Below, one piece after another: positions 11,896-20,000 of a stretch of DNA of 20,000 nt. Source of the stretch: Alloascoidea hylecoeti (taxonomy: Eukaryota); contig BCKZ01000020.1 of NCBI GenBank assembly GCA_001600815.1, positions 459,482 through 479,481 of the forward strand, given 5' to 3'. Positions within the stretch are counted from its first letter, which is position 1. The number at the start of each line of letters is the position of its first letter. The notes beneath the pieces were generated by a model, which was not told the DNA's origin, ran no database searches, and was given only the letters and a program-made list of their open reading frames with translations. The position numbers were made by a program, and so were the translations under genes.

Positions 11896-13264
11896 ATGGT
11901 GAGGAACTCATGTTTACAACCTGTTTCCAAATTTATAGTTTTATTATATTTAACTTCCTTTAGTTTGGGGTTAACAATTTCAATGTAGAGTCGTCAGGGA
12001 ATATCTCAAAATCCATTCTATCCATTGCAAAACCATTAAATGACACAGATTTAGAGTTAACATTTTCAGAAAGATTATATCATAGAGGATTATCTAAGGT
12101 GAATAGTGTTGCTATTTGGCTAGGTCAAGATAACTTCACAGGGATAATTACTTTTGGAGGTTTGTATAAAAGTCTACTAAAGAAACAAAAAATCAAACAA
12201 TTTTCAGCTGTTTATCTTACTCAAAATAATTCNACAAATCATTCAGNNACNCNNTTAGAGAATGCAAGCCTTCAAAGTAATGGGTNCGTTTATAATGTAA
12301 CAGCAAATTCAAGTTTTAGAGATACAAATTATTTTTATTTCCCAGATAATTTCTTGAAAAATATAGTTTCTCTTTATGATTTGAATGGACCAGATGAGAA
12401 TGGCGAATATATTGTTGATTGTGAACTCGCCCAATCAATTCCAGGTGATCTATATTTAGTATTTCCNTCCAAAAAGAAAATAAAACAAATGAAAATTCCT
12501 CTCAATACATTCTACGTCAATCCATACTATAATGAGACTTGTGGACTTCCAATTGGTTCAACATCAGAGTTTGAAAATGTTGGATTAAATGAGATAATTA
12601 TTGGACTGTATGCTGCTCATTGGTATTATTTAGTTTTTGACTATACCTCATACTCGTTTAGTTTCGCACAGGTTGTAAGTAGCCAGAAAATATATGACAA
12701 TTTTGAGTTGTTAGAAGACAAATGGAATAAATTTTCTCTGAAGCCAGCTGGTAAGAATCAAGCAGGACTGATATGCGCAATTGTGCTTTCTTTAATAACA
12801 ATTGAAGTTTATGTTGTGTATTTGCTTTATAAATTGTTGAAATAGGGGTTTAAAGCTATTCGTAATGTATCGGTGAGAATTTATAATTGGTTATTTCATC
12901 ATGATAGTCAGATTCAACAAGAACTGATACATCAACTTGCTCAAATAGTTGATGTTGGTCCACCGCCAATTGTAATCGGTGTTAATAGAGCTTTTGAATT
13001 GATGGGAGAAGATAGGCCAGTTGAGAGGCCTATTCCACAAGACGCTGATCAATCACAAAGATCTCAGGTTGTTCGAACGCTTGATCCAGCACGTAATAAT
13101 AAAATTAACAATAATGACGTCTTTAATGTTGATCTGGAACACGATCCTAAAATGGAGACTCCTGGACCATAAGAGCTAGAAGAAAATATCAAGATGAAAG
13201 TTCAGAGAATGAATTATCAAACTATGAGAATGCTATTGAGCCACCACTTCATAGAAACAGTTGG
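11896..13264 (+). pseudogene. Copy A: disrupted pepsin-fold pseudoprotease membrane protein gene
   Basis: ATG 11896 gives a signal-peptide-like MVRNSCLQPVSKFIVLLYLTSFSLGLT homologous to copy C. A 304-bp deletion relative to C then shifts the frame (TAG 11986-11988). The body ~11973-12735 is near-identical to C. There is a TAG at 12843-12845 where C and D have TGG, and an early TAA at 13170-13172. Track ORFs 12099-12845 and 12873-13172 are fragments of this copy. Confidence 0.8.
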
Positions 13265-13724
13265 TATTGCTCCCCTACAATTATGTATGTTTTATTTTTC
13301 ATGTATGATTTAAGACAATCTAGATAATTTCTATAATGATTATAAACGATTATTTTCAAAGTTATAGTTATAGACCAGTGGTTATCAAGGAACTAGGACT
13401 ACAATTAATGATAAGAAAATTAAAATCAACCACCAGAGTTCTAAGGCCCGGCCATGATAGGTTTTAGTATATGTTGTAGTATTACTTTGAAAATGATATC
13501 CTTGATTATCATTACTCCCTTTTTTAATTAGTTACTGGCAATTTGAAGACTTTTCATCGTTAATTTTCAAATCTTTAAAATTATCTCCACCTGGATGTTC
13601 ATACGAATTGAAATTAATCGATAGAATTGATAAAGTTATTCTATATTTATTAAATCATAGATTGCACTAATATCATACATGTAATATATAAGTATTATGA
13701 AATTAACATTATGGGGCAGCACTA

Positions 13725-14899
13725 TCACATGTCTCTATGAAGTGGTGGTTCAATAGCATCCTCATAGTTCGATAATGCATCATCTGAGCTTTCATCTTGA
13801 GATATTCCTCTAGTTCCTGGTCTAGCCTTCATTTGAGGATCGCGTTCAAGATCAACATTAAAGGCGAGATTGTTATCAATTTTACTATTATGTACCTGAT
13901 TAGGAACTGGAGGAGGAACAACTTCAGGTCTTTGTAATTGCTCAGGGTATTGTGGAATAGGTCTCTCAACTGGCCTATCTTCTCCCATCAATTCAAAAGC
14001 TTTATTGACATCAATACCAATTGGTGGTGGACCAACATCAACTANNNNNNNNNNNNNNNNNNNNNNNNNNNNNNNNNNNNNNNNNNNNNNNNNNNNNNNN
14101 NNNNNNNNNNNNNNNNNNNNNNNNNNNNNNNNNNNNNNNNNNNNNNNNNNNNNNNNNNNNNNNNNNNNNNNNNNNNNNNNNNNNNNNNNNNNNNNNNNNN
14201 NNNNNNNNNNNNNNNNNNNNNNNNNNNNNNNNNNNNNNNNNNNNNNNNNNNNNNNNNNNNNNNNNNNNNNNNNNNNNNNNNNNNNNNNNNNNNNNNNNNN
14301 NNNNNNNNNNNNNNNNNNNNNNNNNNNNNNNNNNNNNNNNNNNNNNNNNNNNNNNNNNNNNNNNNNNNNNNNNNNNNNNNNNNNNNNNNNNNNNNNNNNN
14401 NNNNNNNNNNNNNNNNNNNNNNNNNNNNNNNNNNNNNNNNNNNNNNNNNNNNNNNNNNNNNNNNNNNNNNNNNNNNNNNNNNNNNNNNNNNNNNNNNNNN
14501 NNNNNNNNNNNNNNNNNNNNNNNNNNNNNNNNNNNNNNNNNNNNNNNNNNNNNNNNNNNNNNNNNNNNNNNNNNNNNNNNNNNNNNNNNNNNNNNNNNNN
14601 NNNNNNNNNNNNNNNNNNNNNNNNNNNNNNNNNNNNNNNNNNNNNNNNNNNNNNNNNNNNNNNNNNNNNNNNNNNNNNNNNNNNNNNNNNNNNNNNNNNN
14701 NNNNNNNNNNNNNNNNNNNNNNNNNNNNNNNNNNNNNNNNNNNNNNNNNNNNNNNNNNNNNNNNNNNNNNNNNNNNNNNNNNNNNNNNNNNNNNNNNNNN
14801 NNNNNNNNNNNNNNNNNNNNNNNNNNNNNNNNNNNNNNNNNNNNNNNNNNNNNNNNNNNNNNNNNNNNNNNNNNNNNNNNNNNNNNNNNNNNNNNNNNN
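13725..14899 (-). CDS. Copy B: pseudoprotease membrane protein paralog; only the cytoplasmic tail (13725-14044) is sequenced, the rest lies in the N gap
   Basis: VDVGPPPIGIDVNKAFELMGEDRPVERPIPQ...SDDALSNYEDAIEPPLHRDM* is collinear with the copy C tail. Sequence resuming at 14900 is the immediate 5' flank of the family. Intactness is unknown. Confidence 0.7.
14045..14899. other. Assembly gap (855 N)
   Basis: Continuous run of n. Confidence 1.
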
Positions 14900-16480
14900 A
14901 TTATTGGAAATATATATCAATGATAATACAATATTTATATAGATTGAAGTTGAAAGTCTTCAAAGATTGATTAAAACATAATTAGTGGTTTCATACAAAT
15001 ACATTATAATGTCGATGTTTTCAGGTTGTTCTGCCACTATGCAACTATGTTATTTTGACGGATTTCTTCATGAATGATCAGTGCAGCTCCTCACGTGTAC
15101 ACTTCAGACGACCTATAGCTATATAGGTTTATAAGTTCAAAGCTTAATATGGACTGATAATTACAATTGATACATGCTAGATTCCTTATACGAAGTAGTA
15201 GGTCTAGGTAATGAATTCGGTCGATATTTTAGCTACTGTGTGGCCACCATTGAAAATGAACAATATTTTTGTCTAAAAAATATGTCCATATTACGCTTTT
15301 AGGAAATATCGAAGCATACATACATATGCATTAATACATGTAAGGTAGGCTTTGTTAACTTTACACGCGTGCTTCTGTATGCCGTCATATTTTGGTAAAT
15401 TGATTATTCATCTACCTTTTGTCTCTAATACATAAAATAACTAATTTTGGTATCGTGGCCATATCTTTTGTAAACGTGTTTAAATTCTTTTCGTTTTCCT
15501 AAAGGCTGTATACATATTCATTTTCAGTGACTGGCCATTAAGAAAATAAACTTTCATGTAGGGTAAGTTACGAGTTCGGGGAAATCACCTCTGCTGAATG
15601 ACCCCAAAAGGTACAACCTTTAAAAAAGCCAGTTTCTTCTCCCCTCATATAAGTTGATTACCTTTTACATAGGGAATAAATAAATTTGTTAAAATTTAAA
15701 GAATGTCTAACTTACCGGCTTGGCGCTGCTCGCGTTGTGAAACTTATGCATATGCAATTATATTGAGCTAAATTAAATTAAATATACATATGGCCTTTGT
15801 AAATCACCAATTGGCAATTGCCCTTTTTTTTACCCATATCCTGCAGCTGATATCGCCCTCCTGGCATTAGTAATTAATATTAATGTTAATATACCATGAT
15901 TCCACTTACCGTTTAAGCTAAATATTTGATCATATCTTAACTATTGATTCCCAGTACTTAAGCTTAAGGGTGACCGAATATTTAGAGCACTCTGTGTCCA
16001 AAGTTAAGTGGAATCATTGTATAAGCTATTTATATGCATAGTATATTGCTCTTATAATATATAGACTGAGATGAAGATTAAAGGAATGGAATTCTTTGAC
16101 TATAAATGAAATTTAAATAGTCTAATAAGAAGTCAAAAATAAATTAAATTAATTCAACGACATAGCAGTTAACGTTAGCATGATTAGAAAAAATATATAA
16201 AACATAAATATGCATGGCCTAATTTTCTTGTAGATTAATGCCTAGGCCTTTATATTCAATATTTAATTCTAAGAACGATAGTAATTGCCAAAGCACATTC
16301 TTTACAACATGCCTTAAAACCCTTGTGGTTGATTTTAATTTTCTTATCACCAATTGTTGATAACCACTGGTCTATAACTATAACTTTGAAAATGATATCG
16401 TTTATTATCATTATGGAAATTATCTGGATTGTCTTAAGTCATACATGAAAAAAATACATTAATATTGTGGAGCAGAACGA

Positions 16481-18130
16481 TCAACTATTTCTTTGAAGTG
16501 GTGGCTCAATAGCATCCTCATAGTTTGATAGTGCATCATCTGAATTTTCATCTTGAGATGTTCTTCTAATTTCTGGTTCAGGAGCCTTCATTTCGGGACC
16601 GCGTTCAAGATCAACATTAAATGCACCATCCTCCCCGATTTCAGTATTATGTGATGGATCAAGAGTCGGAACAACTTCAGGTCTTTTCAATTGCTCTTGT
16701 GGAATAGGTCTCTCAACTGGCCTATCTTCTCCCATCAATTCAAAAGCTTTATTGACATCAATACCAATTGGTGGTGGACCAACATCAACTATTTGAGCAG
16801 GTTGACGAATATGTTCTGGTTGAAATTGGGGGTTATGATGAAATAACCGGGTACAAATATTGTAAATGCCTATGAAAAGCCATTTCAAAAGTAAATAGAC
16901 CAAAGCTAAAGCATAAACTTCAAATACTATTAAAGGAAAAACAATGGAACAAATCAATTTCGCTTTACTCTTAGTTGGTTTCAAGGAAAATTTATTCCAT
17001 TTGTCTTTTAACAACTCAAAATTGTCNTATATTTTCTGGCTACTTACAACCTGTGCGAAACTAAACGAGTATGAGGTATAGTCAAAAACTAAATAATACC
17101 AATGAGCAGCATACAGTCCAATAATTATCTCATTTAATCCAACATTTTCAAACTCTGATGTTGAACCAATTGGAAGTCCACAAGTCTCATTATAGTATGG
17201 ATTGACGTAGAATGTATTGAGAGGAATTTTCATTTGTTTTATTTTCTTTTTGGATGGAAATACTAAATATAGATCACCTGGAATTGATTGGGCGAGTTCA
17301 CAATCAACAATATATTCGCCATTCTCATCTGGTCCATTCAAATCATAAAGAGAAACTATATTTTTCAAGAAATTATCTGGGAAATAAAAATAATTTGTAT
17401 CTCTAAAACTTGAATTTGCTGTTACATTATAAACGAACCCATTACTTTGAAGGCTTGCATTCTCTAANGGAGTAGCTGAATGATTTGTAGAATTATTTTG
17501 AGTAAGATAAACAGCTGAAAATTGTTTGATTTTTTGTTTCTTTAGTAGACTTTTATACAAACCTCCAAAAGTAATTATCCCTGTGAAGTTATCTTGACCT
17601 AGCCAAATAGCAACACTATTCACCTTAGATAATCCTCTATGATATAATCTTTCTGAAAATGTTAACTCTAAATCTGTGTCATTTAATGGTTTTGCAATGG
17701 ATAGAATGGATTTTGAGATATTCCCTGACGACTCTACATTGAAATTGTTTAACCAGTTTAATCCACCAATCGTTATATTATCCCAAACTTTATGATATAT
17801 TCCACTTTCATTACCTATTGTTTTATTTTGAATGCCATAATTAAATAGTTCAGTGCTTGTGTTTGATATATTTGGATTGTAACTTGTACAATATAGATTC
17901 GTTGAATCATCATTTTCATAATCACAATTTGAAGAATCTCCGAGAAAGTAACTAGATTGAGATTCGAAAGAGAGCGACGTGTATATTGTTTGATTCGGAA
18001 ATCCAATATCTATTGGAAATATCACAGGATCTATCTTTCTGTGTGATAATGTTAACCCCAAACTAAAGGAAGTTAAATATATATATAATAAAACTATAAA
18101 TTTAGAAAAAGGTTGTAAATTTGAGTTCAT
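16481..18130 (-). CDS. Copy C: intact type I membrane glycoprotein with peptidase A1 (pepsin/yapsin/Sap-like) fold, predicted catalytically inactive
   Basis: 549-aa ORF with a hydrophobic N-terminus. A1 landmarks occur in order: IDIGFPNQ (IGTPPQ), SYNPNISNT (YDPSxSST), DNITIGG, SILSIA (GILGLG), ERLYHRGLSKVNSVAIWL, GIITFGG, YFYFP, YIVDC, KIPL, IIIG..YYLVFDYTSYSFSFAQ. No D[TS]G is present. There are many N-x-S/T sequons, a hydrophobic LICSIVFPLIVFEVYALALVYLLLKWLFIGIY segment and a ~120-aa acidic/Pro tail. Confidence 0.88.
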   Translation of the reverse strand: MNSNLQPFSKFIVLLYIYLTSFSLGLTLSHRKIDPVIFPIDIGFPNQTIYTSLSFESQSSYFLGDSSNCDYENDDSTNLYCTSYNPNISNTSTELFNYGIQNKTIGNESGIYHKVWDNITIGGLNWLNNFNVESSGNISKSILSIAKPLNDTDLELTFSERLYHRGLSKVNSVAIWLGQDNFTGIITFGGLYKSLLKKQKIKQFSAVYLTQNNSTNHSATXLENASLQSNGFVYNVTANSSFRDTNYFYFPDNFLKNIVSLYDLNGPDENGEYIVDCELAQSIPGDLYLVFPSKKKIKQMKIPLNTFYVNPYYNETCGLPIGSTSEFENVGLNEIIIGLYAAHWYYLVFDYTSYSFSFAQVVSSQKIXDNFELLKDKWNKFSLKPTKSKAKLICSIVFPLIVFEVYALALVYLLLKWLFIGIYNICTRLFHHNPQFQPEHIRQPAQIVDVGPPPIGIDVNKAFELMGEDRPVERPIPQEQLKRPEVVPTLDPSHNTEIGEDGAFNVDLERGPEMKAPEPEIRRTSQDENSDDALSNYEDAIEPPLQRNS

Positions 18131-19070
18131 TTGTTAAATTAATATTATTGGAAATATACAACAATATTAATATTGATATTTATTTCAATTGAGGTTGAAA
18201 GTCTTCAAAACTTTTTGAGAGTATGATTAGTGGTTTCATGATGGTTTTTATGTTTTTTTAATAATAACATAATGTTGTTTTCAGGTTCTGCCACTATGTA
18301 ATTATTTATTTCGACATTTTTTCATGAATGATCAATGCAGCTTCTCACGTGTACACTTCTGACGACCTATTATTGCTTTTTTCTCGAGTAACCCCGGCAT
18401 ATTGAGTCTAATAAATGTTAAAGTACTGTGTTAAACATTAAAATATGATGCACTAATAATCAAGATTATTTGAAATAAAATTTAAATGATCATGTGTGAA
18501 CTTTAATATATATATAAGTTGCAAGCTCAAGTAACTGTGACAGCTTTATAATTTCATACGCATAATGGCCGATCATTTAATGAGATGTATCCAAAAATAT
18601 GACCGAAATTAGAAGCTAGCTATAGTGAAAAAAGGATTATACCAGAAAGTTAGCGCTGAAGCTATCACTCTTAAAAATATTCTATCGGGTTTTGTAACAA
18701 CTGTAATCCATCCTTTTAATCCTCAGAAAACATCACCATCATCAAAGTTTGAACTAGTTTGGGTATTGAAAAAGAACAACATTTTTGTCCAAAAAATATG
18801 TATTCAATTGTCCATATTACGCTCTTTGGAAATATCTTAGAATACATATGCACTCATACATCCAGATAAGGTAGGCTCTGCTAATTTTACACGAGTGCTT
18901 CAAAATATATCAATATTAATATTTGTATAGCTGCCATATTTTGGTGAATTGGGAATTTATCTACCTTTCGTCGTCTTCAATATATAATTGAACTGATTTT
19001 GGTGTCGTGACCACATTTTTTGTAAAGGATGTTTAAATTCTTTTGCTTTTGCTTTAGGTTGTATGCATAT
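18131..19070 (-). repeat. Duplicated upstream/promoter region of copy C, homologous to ~10950-11890 (inverted) and 14900-15520 (direct)
   Basis: Shared blocks include gaaagtcttcaaa, ttagtggtttc, ttctgccacta, atctacctttcgtcgtctt, ttggtgtcgtgaccacatttt and tttaaattctttt. Confidence 0.88.
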
Positions 19071-19443
19071 ATCGGAGGGTATAAATATTACAGGTAGTTA
19101 TTCAAACTCCCAAAAATATATATTCCCATAAGGCATTAAATCTTTATTAAACCTTATATAATTTTTAAACCTCGCTACTATTGATCACCTTTCCCATTAA
19201 TAATTAATAATTCTAAGAACACTAGTTGATTTTAACTAGTCTATAACTATAACTTTGAAAATGATATCGTTTATTATCATTATGGAAATTATCTGGATTG
19301 TCTTAAGTCATACATGAAAAATAAAACATACATAATTGTAGGGGAGCAATACCAACTGTTTCTATGAAGTGGTGGCTCAATAGCATCCTCATAGTTTGAT
19401 AATTCATCATCTGAACTTTCATCTTGATATTTTCTTCTAGCTC

Positions 19444-20000
19444 TTATGGTCCAGGAGTCTCCATTCTAGGATCGCGTTCCAGATCAACATTAAAGACGTC
19501 ATTATTGTTAATTTTATTATTACGTGCTGGATCAAGCGTTCGAACAACCTGAGATCTTTGTGATTGATCAGCGTCTTGTGGAATAGGCCTCTCAACTGGC
19601 CTATCTTCTCCCATCAATTCAAAAGCTTTATTGACATCGATTCCAATTGGTGATGGATTCATATTACCTATTTCATGATGTTGTTGACGTTCCTGATCTT
19701 GCTGAATTTGACCATTATGATTAAATAACCAATTATAAACTCTCACTGATACATTATAAATAGCTTTAAAAAGCCATTTCAAAAATAGATAGAGAAAATA
19801 TATAGCATAAATTTCAAATGCTATTAAAGGAAAAACGATTGCACATATTAACCCCGCCTGAGTTAGACCAGCTGGCCTCAGAGAAAATTTATTCCATTTG
19901 TCTTCTAACAACTCAAAATTGTCATATATTTTCTGGCTACTTACAACCTGTGCGAAACTAAACGAGTATGAGGTATAGTCAAAAACTAAATAATACCAAT
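19444..20000 (-). CDS. Copy D: 3' part of another pseudoprotease membrane protein paralog (5' end beyond the window), short-tail variant
   Basis: The frame is open from the window edge (WYYLVFDYTSYSFSFAQVVSSQKIYDNFELLEDKWNKFSL...) through the TM segment to TAA at 19444-19446. The track's TTG start at 19911 is internal. Confidence 0.85.
   Translation of the reverse strand, partial: WYYLVFDYTSYSFSFAQVVSSQKIYDNFELLEDKWNKFSLRPAGLTQAGLICAIVFPLIAFEIYAIYFLYLFLKWLFKAIYNVSVRVYNWLFNHNGQIQQDQERQQHHEIGNMNPSPIGIDVNKAFELMGEDRPVERPIPQDADQSQRSQVVRTLDPARNNKINNNDVFNVDLERDPRMETPGP

Larger units (their letters stand above)
10285..13365 (+). repeat. Left arm of a large imperfect inverted duplication (promoter + copy A + 3' flank)
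   Basis: Blocks at 10285-10350, 10400-10430, 10488-10510, 10830-10915 and 11788-11878 match the reverse complement of 16070-16140, 15990-16018, 15885-15907, 15538-15623 and 14900-14991 respectively. Confidence 0.9.
13484..16140 (-). repeat. Right arm of the inverted duplication (3' flank + copy B + promoter), also the first unit of the B-C-D tandem array
   Basis: Same block matches as for the left arm. 13484-13513 (actttgaaaatgatatccttgattatcatta) mirrors ~13333-13365 and matches 16383-16412 directly. Confidence 0.88.

Noticed and set aside
12843..12845. Programmed readthrough of the TAG in copy A
   Set aside because: C and D have TGG here and A has other lesions, so a simple nonsense mutation is more parsimonious.
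13938..14970. Four long ORFs (292-334 aa) in the track
   Set aside because: They consist almost entirely of X from the 855-N gap.
10285..16140. Inverted arms as transposon TIRs or an inverted-repeat centromere
   Set aside because: The arms are made of the gene plus its promoter, there is no transposase, and the central spacer is only ~0.1 kb.
17746..18050. The 304 bp missing from copy A as a spliced-out intron (retrocopy)
   Set aside because: The segment is in-frame coding in C with A1-fold landmarks, lacks a usable 3' AG boundary, and its removal breaks the frame.
16481..18130. Calling copy C an active yapsin, Sap or Bar1 ortholog
   Set aside because: No D[TS]G motifs, and a long post-TM tail rather than a GPI signal; no gene symbol is justified.

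Overview
AT-rich, apparently intron-poor fungal DNA, most likely from a budding yeast (inferred from gene content). The left part holds one intact minus-strand gene for a WOPR-domain (Gti1/Pac2 family, Pac2-type) transcription factor with long polyQ tracts (1536-3653). About 8 kb of largely non-coding DNA follows, with a GC-rich proximal promoter island and many TTAAG(G/C)TT-type motifs. The right half is an array of at least four paralogs of one gene. The gene encodes a signal peptide, a pepsin/yapsin-like (peptidase A1) ectodomain lacking both catalytic D[TS]G motifs, a transmembrane segment and an acidic/Pro-rich cytoplasmic tail. Copy A (+ strand, ~11896-13264) is disrupted. Copy B (- strand) is mostly inside an 855-N gap. 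Copy C (16481-18130, -) is intact. Copy D (-) runs off the window end. A and B, with their promoters, form a large tail-to-tail imperfect inverted repeat (~10285-16140), and B, C and D are tandem units of ~2.8 kb. The visible ectodomain DNA is near-identical between copies, whereas TM/tail, promoter and 3' flank are divergent and mosaic. This suggests ongoing conversion or inversion-driven tail swapping, but collapsed-repeat assembly artefact is a real alternative.
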